Shown piece by piece: positions 39,275 through 52,742 of a stretch of DNA of 64,000 bases. The translations under genes were made by a program, and so were the position numbers. Source of the stretch: Haliotis rubra (Eukaryota); the NCBI RefSeq assembly GCF_003918875.1, contig NW_025767213.1, positions 124,001 through 188,000 of the forward strand, in the 5' to 3' direction. Within the stretch, counting starts at the first letter, position 1. Each line of letters opens with the position of its first letter. Under the pieces are notes generated by a model. It saw nothing but the letters and a program-made list of their open reading frames with translations. It was not told the DNA's origin and searched no databases.

Positions 39275-40139
39275 TATCCCGTAATGGATGGTTTATTGAA
39301 AAGATCTTGAATATTATAATTCCTCGCGTAAGTAATGGAATCATTTCAATTCCTTTACTGATTCTATTATTGGACGGTCAGGGTTCGATTCCCACCTTGG
39401 TGTAACAAGAGAAAAAAGAACCTTGACTGACTAATACAAAGTGGCACTGCAACCGACACAACGTAGAGGACTAAACTCACAACGCTCGGAACGGTTTCAA
39501 TTTAGCTAGGCGCATCCTATTCCATACTTGAAAATAAACAGTTCTTTGATATTTATTTGGTATTTATCAGACTCCGTCCCTGCGGAACATCACACGAGAG
39601 TCTGTATTTGTGTGTTGGCGTGATGGCGGCCAGTGCAGCCAGAATACCGACATGCTCCCTTCCCAGATTAACATGCGTCAAAATATGAACATCTGTCCGC
39701 TGTCCAAACATCAAAGCACTGCTCCTCTCTTGCACTAGGGTGTCCCCTCCTTAAGATTCCCGACAGGGAACACTAAGTGCCGTACCTAATTACACGATGA
39801 CATTTAAGGATACGTTGAGTCTCGCCACGTGTTTCTGATCCTTGCTCTCTCCGGAAGTGAGCCTCGTTTGAAAACAGGGTGACCGCAATAATGAGTTTTT
39901 GGTCCTATGTTGTGGCTTCAATACATTCTGACCATAGTTTGAGTCTATCATTCTGACATATAGGTGTGACGTCATAACTCAGGGTTCTCATGTTCATGTT
40001 CTCACGTTTTTTGTGGACACGCTAGCCATGAGTGAGTTGGGTGTGACTTGGATCTTCCGGTATATAACAGCCAGTAGGTATGGTTAAAGAGGAAATCCGG
40101 AAGTTCATTCACCTAGAATGATTTGTTTGTTTTGTTTGT

Positions 40140-40568
40140 TTGTTGTTTAACGCCGCACTCAGCAATATTCCAGCTGTATGACGGCGGTCTGTAAATAATG
40201 TGTCAACCAAGTCAGCCATTTGACCACCTTATCCTGTCAGCGACAAACGTGTGTTGCTGAAGACCCAGACAGATCCACGAGGAATGAAGCTCATACAGTT
40301 TGTTTCTTTCAAGATGCCACCCGTGAAGGTCCGGGTTAGAATGTGCCTTCAGCGAAACATGCTGGTCGTAAGAGGCGACTAACGGGACCGGGTGGTCAGG
40401 CTCGCTGACTTGGTTGACACATGTCATCGGTTCCCAGTTGCGCAGATCGATGTTCATGCTGTTGATCACTGGATTGTCTGGTTAAGACTCGATTAATTAC
40501 AGACCACCGCCATATAGCTGGAATATTGCTGAGTGCGGCGTAAAGCTAAACTCACTCACTCACTCACT
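40140..40568. mobile_element. Head-to-head pair of family B elements (degenerate minus copy, full plus copy at 40319-40568)
   Basis: Tails point outward on both sides; the plus copy is complete. Confidence 0.85.
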
Positions 40569-41093
40569 TTCACGATGCACGCCAGCAGCGTACGACTACT
40601 ACAACCAACCAGCTCGGTGGCCTCTTACGACAAGCGTTTTTTGCGGTGTACCTGTAAGCCCCTTGGGGTCGAGCTGAACAGTATGTAAATCAACGGCTCA
40701 TGGTTCAAGTGACTTATAAATAATTGTAAGTTTTAAAACATATATGTGTTGAAGGTTTAAGAGAGATTTCAAAACATCTCAGGCATCGAAAATACGTTGA
40801 CCAGATAAGTGGTGATGCTAAAACGGAGACTTTAATTGTAGCCCGATCCTGCAGGTCTACCAATATTGTACAGACCAACATACAACTAAACCAGACTCAC
40901 GGACTGTTGTTGTACAAGTAACTAAACAGGTAAATACATTTAGACATACACTTTGTTACACTTACTATTTACATCCAGTTAACGTATATACCACCTCACT
41001 TATACCGACCAAAGCTAATTCTAGCCTCATAAAGCACAGGCGTTTTTCATAGCACACACAACTACCTCATGACGTACATCACCACCGACACCT

Positions 41094-41270
41094 ATGAGTC
41101 AAACCGAACTGAACGTTGTACTGGCTGAGGTCGACTCTCGTGGCGCGCAGGAAGGAAAGGTCGCAGATTCTTGCCCTTGTCAGACGCCTCTCCCCAGCGT
41201 CTCCAGTGCCTCTCCCCCTCCTTCTACAACCCCCATCTCCCTATCAGCCCCACCCCGGTTGACGCCGGAG
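41094..41270 (+). CDS. Possible isolated first coding exon (Ser/Pro-rich, 59 aa)
   Basis: GC-rich ORF starting MSQTELNVVLAEVD with an in-frame phase-0 donor GAG|gtaatc at 41271. No downstream exon identified. Confidence 0.25.
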
Positions 41271-42379
41271 GTAATCCTCACGCAAAGGAGCAGCCGTCAA
41301 TAGACAGGTAACGTAGACCAGTCCGTGCCACCATACACAGGCTTGTAGGTGTTAGTAAACATGTAGTCATGGATTGTTTCAGATTGGCTGATGTATCAAT
41401 TTAGTCCATGCTTGTTTACATCTGGGAATAGATAGATGGTGCATTATGACAGAAAGGTTGGAGATCAGAACCTATAGATTCAGCGTAAGAGATCTTGCAC
41501 CAGGCAGCTTAACCCTAATATCGCCTTATGACCAGATGCGTTATAGCGGATACCATGCGGCCATATTTCACGTACTAAATATAAAATTATGTAAAAATAT
41601 TTTACGCTTTCATCGAAAGTAAGGGTGTGTTCTTGAAAAACTGTAATAGAGTTAGTCGACTGCCAGATTGCATTCGACAGTGATATATGTTTCCGTACGC
41701 AGTTTTGCCTCATTTATACGAATAACCCCGTTTATCGAATTTGATGAGTGATGTGAGTGATGAGGCCTCGTAACGGCATATGCATTATAGTGACATTTAA
41801 TCAAGGGTTTTTCCGGCCTGAGTTTGGCCAGAGACTCTGGTATCTAAACAGAGAACTTACATTATACATGTGTTCTGTCAGAGTCGCAGACTAATAGATT
41901 GTGGAAACTTGTATTCTTCATATATTTCAGCCGATTTCAGTTACAAAACATTCAAACACTTTCCCCATTCCCCTGGCTGGTCATGACAACACGTGGTCAG
42001 TTGGAGTGAGCTGGTGTCCATCTGGTATCTTGATCAACACTCAAAGTCACATGTCACACCAGTCACCTCGCTACACTGTTCCACATGCACACGTCAGCAG
42101 AGTGAGTGAGTGAGTGAGTGAGTCGTTGAGTCAGACAGTTAGTCGGTGAGTTTGGCTAGTGTGCGGGAAGATAGTTAGTCAGTCGCTCTGGCAGCTGTTG
42201 AATCGGCGAGTCAAACGGTCAGTCGGGTTGGTGAGTCGCTGACTTTGTGGTTCAGTTAATCAGTCAGTCAGACAGTCAGGACGTCAGTCATTCGGAGAGT
42301 TAGTGGGTAGTTGAGTCGATTAGTCAGACAGTGAGTTTTGGAAGTAAGCTGGTGTGCAAGTCGGACTCGGTTGAGCATG

Positions 42380-43667
42380 TCAGTAGGTAACTCGCTGACT
42401 CGGTGAACTGTTAAGTCAGTCAATCAGTGGGTCAATGGGTCTGTGAGTCAGTAACTCGCTGACTCGGTGAATTGTTAAGTCAGTCAATCAGTGGGTCAAT
42501 GGGTCTGTCAGTCAGTAACTCGCTGACTCGGTGAATTGTTAAGTCAGTCAATCAGTGGGTCAATGGGTCTGTCAGTCAGTAACTCGCTGACTTGGTGAAT
42601 CAGTCAATTGGGTCAATGGGTCAATCAGTGGGTCAATGGGTCTGTCAGTAACTCGCTGACTCGGTGAATTGTTAAGTCAGTCAATCAGTGGGCCAATGGG
42701 TCTGTCAGTCAGTAACTCGCTGACTTGGTGAATTGTTAAGTCAGTCAATCAGTGGGTCAATGGGTCTGTCAGTCAGTAACTCGCTGACTCGGTGAATTGT
42801 TAAGTCAGTCAATCAGTGGGCCAATGGGTCTGTCAGTCAGTAACTCGCTGACTCGGTGAATTGTTAAGTCAGTCAATCAGTGGGTCAATGGGTCTGTCAG
42901 TAAATCGCTGACTTGGTGAATTGTTAAGTCAGTCAATCAGTGGGTCAATGTGTCTGTCAGTCAGTAACTCGCTGACTCAGTGAATTGTTAAGTCAGTCAA
43001 TCAGTGGGTCAATGGGTCTGTCAGTAACTCGCTGACTCGGTGAACTGTTAAGTCAGTCAATCAGTGGGCCAATGGGTCTGTCAGTCAGTAACTCGCTGAC
43101 TTGGTGAATTGTTAAGTCAGTCAATCAGTGGGTCAATGGGTCTGTCAGTAACTCGCTGACTCAGTGAATTGTTAAGTCAGTCAATCAGTGGGTCAATGGG
43201 TCTGTCAGTAACTCGCTGACTCGGTGAATTGTTAAGTCAGTCAATCAGTGGGTCAATGGGTCTGTCAGTAACTCGCTGACTCAGTGAATTGTTAAGTCAG
43301 TCAATCAGTGGGTCAATGGGTCTGTCAGTAACTCGCTGACTCAGTAACTCGCTGACTTGGTGAATTGTTAAGTCAGTCAATCAGTGGGTCAATCTGTCTG
43401 TCAGTAACTCGCTGACTCGGTGAATTGTTAAGTCAGTCAATCAATGGGCCAATGGGTCTGTCAGTCAGTAACTCGCTGACTCAGTGAATTGTTAAGGCAG
43501 TCAATCAGTGGGCCAATGGGTCTGTCAGTCAGTAACTCGCTGACTCGGTGAATTGTTAAGTCAGTCAATCAGTGGGTCAATGTGTCTGTCAGTCAGTAAC
43601 TCGCTGACTCAGTGAATTGTTACGTCAGTCAATCAGTGGGTCAATCGGTCTGTCAGTCAGTAACTCG
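42380..43667. repeat. 60/64-bp minisatellite within a degenerate (agtc/agtg)n tract (42100-43880)
   Basis: Unit gtaactcgctgactcggtgaattgttaagtcagtcaatcagtgggtcaatgggtctgtca(gtca). Confidence 0.95.
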
Positions 43668-43959
43668 TGGAGTGAGTGCGTGGGTGAGTCGATGAGTCAG
43701 ACAGTGAGTTCGGAAAGTGAGCGGGTGGGTTAGTCGGTGAGTCGCTCTGTCAATCGGTGAGTTGTTAAGTCAGTCAGTGGGTCAATGGGTCTGTCGGTCA
43801 ACGGGTCTGCCAGAATGAGTGCGTGGGCGAGGCGGTGAGTCCGTCAGTGAGCACTTAAATCAATCTGTCAGTCATTGGGCGAGTGTTTTACGCCAAAGTT
43901 GGGGCAGCTATATCAAGAAATGGGCATTACATCCTGATTCCATGAGACACTTGTTCTGT

Positions 43960-44520
43960 TCAGAACACAGTAATGACTATCATCAGTTGGCGCACATTTC
44001 CCATCTATCCCCCAATTCTACAAATCTGCCACCTCAGCAGTTCCTCGCTTGCCACAACTCCTGGCGAGGTATGTTGTTGTATTCATTTCAGGAAATAGAT
44101 ATTCTTGTTGCTTAAGCTATCGAACATCCATCATACGTTTTTCCACCACTTGGATGACATTTACTGAAATAACAAACCGATCCTTGTAAGTGTGGATTCC
44201 CAGGAAGCCAAACCGAGTTCTCACAAGGGCAGCGTTCAAGTCATTGTATATCTCCAGAACGTCCGTTTAAAACCAGGATACCTACATGGAATGCATTTGG
44301 CGTACTGCAGGGAACTCGATGCCAAGACGACTTGCAGGAATACACGTGTTGAAATTATTCGAGACCTGTTTGCTTTCAAAAATTGTTTTTCCATTTGGAG
44401 GAGGTAGAATTGTGTTCGATCGATCGCAAAGGATAGTCCGCAGACACGCACCTGTCGGTTCCTGGGAGGGGTTGGCAGAAATGGAGAATGGTAATTCTTG
44501 TTAATGCACATGTGTTACAC
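43960..44520 (-). mobile_element. Very old LINE RNase H remnant
   Basis: Broken minus frames give DVLEIYNDL, VWLPGNP and ICRIG in the same order as ILELYNDL, CWLPGH and RCRIG in the LINE at 48.6-51.6 kb. Confidence 0.45.
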
Positions 44521-45927
44521 CTGTTTGGCCTGGTTATTGTCGTCAGCGGTAGTGTATATGTTAACCGAAACAGAAACGCTCTTGTAATATTTCGTTATTA
44601 TTCACCAGGTCCAACATAAGTCTTACTGGAAGATACCATTGCTCATAAATAAAGTAACCGTTGATTTAGTGACTGGCTTATTCAATTTTCCGTTACATGT
44701 CTGAAGTCTGCGATATTTCAGATACCTCACGACATCACGTTATTTCAGATTTTGTGATAACCAGCTATATTTATGCACTTACGTCACCCGTATATATAAA
44801 CATAATTTTATTCTAAGGTTGCAGGTTAATATTTTCCGTTGTAGCGACATGCTGTATATGGTTGATAGTATGACGTTACAGTGAAGCTGTTTTGTCTGTT
44901 CTGGGTGTGTTTCAAATGGTTTTAGCGGCGGGCTGGTAGCCTAGTGGTTAAGGCGTCCGCTCGTCACGTCGACCATCCGGGTTCGATTTCCCACTTGGGT
45001 ACAATGTGTGAAGCCCATTTCTGGTGTTCCCCGTCGTAATATTGCTGGAATATTGCTACAAGTGGCTTAAAGCCATACTCACTTACTGACTCAGTCGGCT
45101 CGGTAGTGGCTCTGGAACATTGGAGAAACCTGAAACCATAATGGAAATCTACTACTTAATGTCAGTGGTTCCACATGTACTTCAGTGTAGATGGTAAGAC
45201 ACTGCTTACCGATGTCCCTTATTCTACATTGGTAGCAATGACATCGCCCATAATCGTGCAGAACCATATACTAGCAGATCATACACTGATGTGTTTCGAA
45301 AATACGTACTGTAGCAAGACGCTGATTTGGAATATAGCGAACGACTTTAACATCTCCAGATAGCCTTAAGTTTTCTTAAGGAGATATGTTGCTTATTTCG
45401 CCCTCTCTACTCGGATATAAAGATTGATCCGAGTTTTGGCACTTATTCAAAGAGCATCTCTGTTAATTCCACTCCGGGCACGCAGTTGCTTAACAGCCAT
45501 TAGGGTGGAATTGGATGCCTGTTAATTTCCTAAACTACTTAAGCGTCCAAGAATAGACCGTATATCTGAAGAAAAAAACGTCTCAGACGATTGAAGAGAC
45601 ACACGTATATTAAAAAATTCCTTTCAGCTTTGGGAATATTGCCTTGTCTGAAATAACCTTAAGCGTAGGCTTTGTTATCAGGCACGGGGCGATGCTGGCA
45701 AACAAAATACAATATTATCGTCTTTTATGTCGGAGTGAGAGGCAATATAAACACCTAACATGCAGTGTGTGTTGTATGCGGCTGGCGTCGGAGACCACCC
45801 GTGCTAGAGGAAAGTCGCGCCATTTGTACCTGAATCTTCTGTAGGGTTTGTCTAACCATTGGATTGACATGTGATAATAAATCTCGTTCACATCTGTTTT
45901 CTTCGTTGTGGTGGAATAGATGGGCTG

Positions 45928-46222
45928 CCATGGTGACTGTTCTTGACAAGTGAGATGGTGGAATATGATGTGTTGTCATGGTGACTGTTCTTGACAAGTG
46001 AGGTGGTGGAGTATGATGTGTTGTCATGGTGACTGTTCTTGACAAGTGAGGTGGTGATATGGGAGATGTTGCCATGGTTACTGTTCTTGACAAGTGAGGT
46101 GGTGGAGTGGGATGTGTTGCCATGGAGACTGTTCCGGACTGGTGAGGTGGTAGAAAGGGAGGTGTTGTCATGGTGAATGTTCTTGACAAGTGCGGTGGTG
46201 GAATCGGATGTGTTGTCATGGA
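45928..46222. repeat. 48-bp minisatellite, about 6 diverged units
   Basis: Unit catggtgactgttcttgacaagtgaggtggtggagtatgatgtgttgt. Confidence 0.9.
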
Positions 46223-47953
46223 GTCCATGTGAAGGAAGATGGTTCAATGCTGATTGATCACATTAATCAGGTACAGTGGAAGTGTTCGTTGGCTTGGCAG
46301 ACATTTCGATTTCTTGTCCTCAGTACGAATTCGAAAGCTCTATAATGTCACATTCGCTGATTATCTACACTGCGTGCAGCTGGCACCATACCCCCCAGTG
46401 GTGAAGTCTACGAGGACCTGTATAGGGAAATTCAGCCTAAATAACAGAGGGATTGTTTTGTCTCTATTACATCTTTGCCTTATCCTACACTTTTCAGGAG
46501 TAACTGCGTGGGTAATACATTCTGAACTAAACAAAACGAGACAGGGCTTCTCTGTCGATTTATCTAATGAGTTATGTAGGATCTTTTTCTAAAATGTTTT
46601 CAGCGCCATTGTAATTATGATAACAAAACACGAAGATAGCTGACACACAAAACGCTTTGTTCTATTCAACTGTCACGTTACAATTATACCACATGACCGT
46701 AAACAAGCAACTGGGAACCACAAAAAGTCCGTAACAACACTCATCGTCTACGAAACTGGGATACGAAGACATGCATGAACCAAATCAGTAGGTTGGACCA
46801 CCAGATCCCGTTATACCCCTCTAACAGACATGGATTTCTGAAGACCATTTCCATCCCAGACTGTCGCTGTATAGCCTGTCATACAGACCCTGAAACAAAC
46901 ATATACAAGAAAGCCCATGCAAGTCTAGATTATATGGCAAGTCTAGATTCCACAGTTTCTAAAGTGAAGAAAGTCTCAGGGTTCCTTTTCATTATATTTT
47001 TTTTATATTGTGAACTGGTATTTTTCTGTAAAATATGTTCATTTCAGAGACTAGTTGTTAGTCTAGTCGCTGCAAAGCACAGAGTTGTCTCTTCACACGA
47101 TGACTAGCCTTTCAAATACAAAATTATACATTTAACCAGGGTTTTGTTCTACTAGCTCTTTAGTTGTCAGTAGTCTATTGGCTCTTCAAACAAAAGACTC
47201 GGCTGGTTGGTTGGTTGTTTTTAACGCCGCATCGATCTACGCATGCGTCAGCCACGTCAGCGAGCCTGACCACCCGATCCTGGTAGTCAGCATGGCTGCT
47301 GAAGGTCATTTCCAACCCGGAACTTCACGGGTACGAAAGACTCGGGGTTGAACTGGGCACATGTTACGCATTCTTATGGTGCAGTGGCTGCAGTGTTGTC
47401 AAATGTAAAGACAGCCAGATGGGTGAGTGGGTGAGTAAGGTTTTACACCGCTTTTAGCAATATTCCAGCAATATCCCGGCGGGGAGTGACAGTCAGAGGC
47501 TGCTGTCGGGAGTGATATTTCCCTGGCTCTGACGACACTACACTTTTAGAAACACTATACCGCCCAAGCTGTGAGGTCAAGAACCGACTTAGGTTAGGCT
47601 CCCCAAACCCTTTTCGAGACTTACTCATCACAGACATGAATGGAAAGTAGCCATTTTCTTGGTTTCAGCCAATCCCCTTTACACGCCTGAACGATGTCCC
47701 ATTACGACGAAACAATGGCTGCCCAATCCTATCACGTGTCCGATGTGTTCTGATCCTACAACTGAACATAATGTGACCGATATCCTGTAGTTGTTGACAA
47801 CAGTTATACGGGTGAGTAGCAGCAACTTCCTGATGTAACACTACACCAATCGTTCCACGGCCCACGCCCCGTGTGGGGAATAGAACCTGCGCCTGAACAC
47901 GTCAGCCCCTGGGACATCGAGGGCCTATCACGCCACCCATGAACGTAACATAG

Positions 47954-48299
47954 CAGGGCTCCAGATAAAGGCCGTATCGGCGTATGTACGGATACTACAA
48001 AATATGCACGATACGCTAGGAAATAATTTAGGAAACGTAGCAGATACGCTCCACAGCAATGGTGTACGGTTTTAGCATTTTATTATTTATCTGATTATAG
48101 TATCGTTTTATTGTTTATTGACCTGTTTACACAAGAGTAGCAATGTTATTGTGCATATATGAAACGAAACACAAGATTACTGATACGCCATAAAATTCCA
48201 TTCAGTACTCTAAATGTGCACTTAAGTTTTTCCAGTACTCCTATATTGAAAAAATAAGGAGTACGTACTCCTGATGTTGAAAAATTATCTGGAGCCCTG
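47954..48299. mobile_element. MITE with CAGGG termini
   Basis: TIR CAGGGCTCCAGATAA / TTATCTGGAGCCCTG; 5-bp direct repeat catag on both flanks. Confidence 0.75.
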
Positions 48300-48330
48300 C
48301 ATAGGACACAATAACACGGAGAACATACAG

Positions 48331-48628
48331 GGCCCCGTTTCACAAAGCTCTCGTAAGCCTAGGATCTCGTAACTTTTCTCGTATCATTCCTACCTCCTAT
48401 ACTGTAACATTGACTGACTGACTGAGTTTGGTTTTACGCCGGTTTTAGCAATATTCCAGCAACATCACGGCGGGGGACACCAGAAATGGGCTTCACACAT
48501 TGTACCCATGCGGGGATTCGAACCCGGGTGACGAGACAACGCTTTAACCATTAGGCTACCCCACCGCCCCTACTGTAACATTGACTTACGATAGTCGTAG
48601 CGCTACGAAAGATTTGTGAAACGGGGCC
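48331..48628. mobile_element. PIF/Harbinger-like MITE hosting a SINE
   Basis: TIR GGCCCCGTTTCACAAA; 3-bp TSD CAG. Confidence 0.75.
48412..48570 (-). mobile_element. Family A SINE inserted in a MITE
   Basis: 16-bp TSD tactgtaacattgact at 48400 and 48571. Confidence 0.9.
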
Positions 48629-48647
48629 CAGGACGCTAGGTTGTTGT

Positions 48648-51600
48648 CGTTGAGTTGGGTTGAGTTGGGCTTTACGTCACATCGGCATTATTCCAGCCAT
48701 ATAGTGACGAGAACAATTCTGCATTAATAAACAGTGTAAGCACAGAGTCAAAATCGGTTTTATTTCAAAAAACATATATTCATTACATTGTCATTTAAAA
48801 ACAGAAAGAGTCATAGCGCTAAATTTTAAAAGCAAGCAATTTGTTAGTCACTTTACACAGTTACAATTTATGATACAGATCAACTTTCCATCCCCATCCG
48901 TTTTCAGCAGATAGTCATGTGTAAACCGACTGTGGCCAATACGACATCGTCGTAAAATTACCTCATCACGTCTTGACTGACAACCCAAGTAGGTATATCC
49001 AATTGTTGGCTTCAATTCATAAAGTTTATTTCTTCCTACTTGAGTGTCCCACCTTTTTTTGCATGAGGTCCCGAGTATAGCTTTTGATAGTGGGTTTGAA
49101 ATCACTGTACGGGATCAGCAGTAGAGATAAGGGCTTGTCAAGAGCTGCTTTAGCTTCAGCATCGGCCTTTGTGTTACCTGCTATGCCGAGGTGACCCGGC
49201 AACCAGCAGAGGACGATGTCATATTGGCCTGTTGAAAGGTCGTTGTAAAGTTCTAAAATGTCCAGAATGATTGGGTGACTTGAAGTAACATTTTGAAGTG
49301 CTTGAAGGGAAGATAATGAATCTGTAAAAACGATGAAGTTTTTGGAATGATTCTGCTGTTTAATGTAGGTCAAAGCTGAGAAGATAGCTTTGGCCTCGGC
49401 AGTGAAAATGGAACTGTTGTCAGGAATCCTAGAGGAGACAGTCTTGGATCCAATGACTGTAGCACTGGCAACTTGGCCCTCATCCTTGGATCCGTCTGTG
49501 AAAATGGATCTATGGGTGTCATACTTGGAACGTAAATGGTTGTATTCCTGCTGGAACACCAAAGGATTTGTTTCTGACTTTTTGAGTTTAGTGAGGGTAA
49601 GATCGACCTGTGGTTTCACCATCTGCCAGGGTGGCGAAGACAGGAGTCGGTAAGGTGCTATGATATTGAGATAAATTTTATCTGCAGATATCTGTGGTTG
49701 AATTCTGATTCCAAGGGGTGGAACCAGGCTTGGCAGTTTAGGAAACAGGTTTTCATAGAGAGGGTTGAAAATTTAGTGATATACTGCAGTGAAAGTTTAA
49801 TGCGGCGTTGTTCAAGGGAAGGTTCGTTAGCCTCTGCATATAGACTGTCTACCGGAGAGGTCCTAAAAGCTCCCAGGCAGAGCCTCAGGCCTTGGTGGGG
49901 GATAGAATCTAATTTTTCTAAATTGCTTTTGCAGGCTCCACCATAAACAATGGAGCCGTAGTCTAGTTTAGAGCGAACCAAAGATCTGTACAAGTGAAGG
50001 AGGGTAGTCTGATCCCCTCCCCACTCTGTATTTGAAACGACTTTTAGTAAGTCCAGAGCCTTCAAGCACTTGGTTTTCAAATATTTTATGTGTGGTAAGA
50101 ATGTCAAGTGACGGTCGAATATGAGTCCCAGGAATTTGGCCTCTTCTACTACCTTCTTGGGAGTACCATCTAAAGATAGGTCTGGATCCGTGTGTGGTTT
50201 GTATTTACGACAAAAGTGACAATTTGTTTCGGATTTTGAAACCTTAAAGCCATTTTCATTGGCCCATTTTTGGATTTTGTTAAGGCAGAGTTGTAGCTGC
50301 CTTTCTATTGCGTGCATGTTCTTACCCATAAACACAACTGTTCAAGACGTTAGTGAGGCTGTTAATTTTGATGCTAAAACGGGTGACAGACAGGATGCTG
50401 CCTTGAGGGACGCCCTGGTCTTGTTGGAAATAATCAGACAATGTGGAACCTACCCGTACTTGAAATTGTCTGTTGTTTAAAAACTGAGATATGAACTGAG
50501 GTAATCTGCCCCTCAATCCAAATTCATGTAAATCTTTTAAGATACCATGTTTCCACGTTGTATCGTATGCTTTTTCTAAATCGAAAAAGATAGTTACGGT
50601 ATGCTGTTTGTTGACAATCGAATTTTTTATAAAAGATTCCAGACGCACCAGATGGTCAATGGTACTTCGGTTCTTTCGGAAACCACATTGGAGCTCACTA
50701 AGGAGGTTATTGGTCTCCAAGTACCAGATTAATCGATTGTTGACCATGCGCTCCATGGTTTTACAAACACAGCTAGTTAGTGATATAGGACGGTAGTTTG
50801 AGGTTCAGTATGATCCCAGCCAGGTTTTGGTATAGGGATGATAATGGCATTGTGCCACGAAGGAGGAAAGTTGCCGGTTGTCCAAATGTCATCAAATATA
50901 TTGAGTAGTGTTTCCAAACTTGAATCAGGGAGGTGTTTGAGAAGCTGATAATGAATATCATCAGCTCCTGCCGCAGTGTCATGAGCCTGCCCCAGAGCAG
51001 TACGTAATTCATGGAGAGAAAACGTTTCATTGTAATCCTCACCATTATCCGAGTTAAAATTGACTGGTTTCTTTTCTTGTTGCGTTTGGTATTTCTGGAA
51101 CTTGGGGTTATAATTTGTCGAGGAGGAGTGGTTTGCCAAAATGTCGCCAAGTTTATTTGCAATTTCAAATTTATTTGTTAAAAGAGAGTCACCATCTTTG
51201 AAATGGCGAACACCAGATTTGGATCTTTTGCCCTTAATCTTTTGAATCATGTTCCACACCTTGGACATGGGTGTGCGGGAGTTGAATTGGACACATATTT
51301 CCTCCATGACCGGCGTTTAGTTTGTTTAAATGTACGTTTTGCCTTGGCATTTGTCATTATAACAGTATGCACAGGTTATGCACAGTAGGATGTTGTCGGA
51401 AGTATTTTTCCGCCTTCTTCCTATTTTTCCTAGCTTGTTTACAATTTGTATCAAGCCATGGTTTGCGTATGTGCGGGTTAGGAATGGTTTTGTCGCCAAT
51501 TGCATTTAGGACGTCTGAAAATAGTTCCATGGGATCAGGAACATTCCTGAAATTGTCAGGTTTAAGTTTTTCAGAGCAGAGAGTTTGGAATAATGGCCAA
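48648..51600 (-). mobile_element. 5'-truncated, decayed I-group (Nimb-like) LINE with RT and RNase H domains and 3' UTR
   Basis: RT motifs YRPISLTSC, QCGFRKNRST, FFDLEKAYD, GVPQGSILS. RNase H motifs FTDGSK, FTDSLS, WLPGHLGIAGNTKAD, followed by RCRIGH. Several frameshifts. The YxDD-equivalent segment is deleted near 50330. The 3' tail ends in caactcaacc-like repeats. Confidence 0.93.
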
Positions 51601-51874
51601 ATTGGCCTTAGTAAAGTTCCACGCCGAGGACCCGTGTTCCATTCCCAACATGGGTACAATATGTGAAGCCCATTTCTGGTGTCTCCCGCCTTGATATTGC
51701 GGGAATATTGCTGAAAGCGGCTTAAAGCAATACTCATTTTCTGACCCAGATGGCTTTTAGTGTTATTACAAATGGTACCTTTATAGCAGAGAGGTTTCGG
51801 TCATGATACCAGAACTTAAGCAAGTACATCGAGCGAATCTACTCCAGACTACAGCTGAGCGCCCAAACTCAGTC

Positions 51875-52520
51875 TTCACAAGCCATGTGTACTGGACTAC
51901 CCTAAACACTGTCATCCACTCCACAAACCACGTGTCCAGAATGGTCCTGAGGTGAGCGTGTCTATTCACAAGCCATGTGTACTGGACAAACACTGTCATC
52001 CACTCTACAAACCACTGTCTAGAATGGTGAGGTGAGCGTGTCTAGCTATTCACAAGCCATGTGTACTGGACTACCCTAAACACTGCCATCCACTCCACAA
52101 ACCACGTGTCCAGAATGGTGAGGTGAGCGTGTCTATTCACAAGCCATGTGTACTGGACTACCCTAAACACTGCCATCCACTCCACAAACCACGTGTCCAG
52201 AATGGTCCTGAGGTGAGGGTATCTATTCACAAGCCATGTGTACTGGACTACCCTAAACACTGCCATCCACTCCACAAACCACGTGTCCAGAATGGTCCTG
52301 AGGTGAGGGTGTCTATTCACAAGCCATGTGTACTGGACTACCCTAAACACTGCCATCCACTCCACAAACCACGTGTCCAGAATGGTCCTGAGGTGAGGGT
52401 GTCTGTTCACGAGCCATGTGTACTGGACTACCCTAAACACTGCCATCCACGCCACAAACCACGTGTCCAGAATGGTCCTGAGGTGAGGGTGTCTATTCAC
52501 AAGCCACGTGTTTGGGACTA
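51875..52520. repeat. 90-bp tandem repeat, about 7 units
   Basis: Unit begins aagccatgtgtactggactaccctaaacac. Confidence 0.95.
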
Positions 52521-52583
52521 TCAAAACCATTGGATAATGCTCCTGTAAATGTAACCTCTCCTTGCGTCTTCACCAGCCAGGTG

Positions 52584-52742
52584 GGGCGGTGGGGTAGCCT
52601 AATGGTTAAAGCGTTGGCTCGTCACGCCGGTTCGAATCCCCACATGGGTACAATGTGTGAAGCCCATTTCTGGAGTCCCCGCCGTGATGTTGCTGGAATA
52701 TTGCTAAAAGCGGCGTAAAACCAAACTCAGTCAGTCAGTCAG
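52584..52742 (+). mobile_element. Family A SINE
   Basis: 14-bp TSD tcaccagccaggtg at 52570 and 52743. Confidence 0.9.

Noticed and set aside
45755-46247. Mucin-like Thr/Pro/His ORFs
   Set aside because: Explained by the 48-bp minisatellite; no signal peptide or convincing splice context.
52042-52548. 30-aa repeat ORFs on both strands (similarly 63479-63975)
   Set aside because: Tandem-repeat artefacts.
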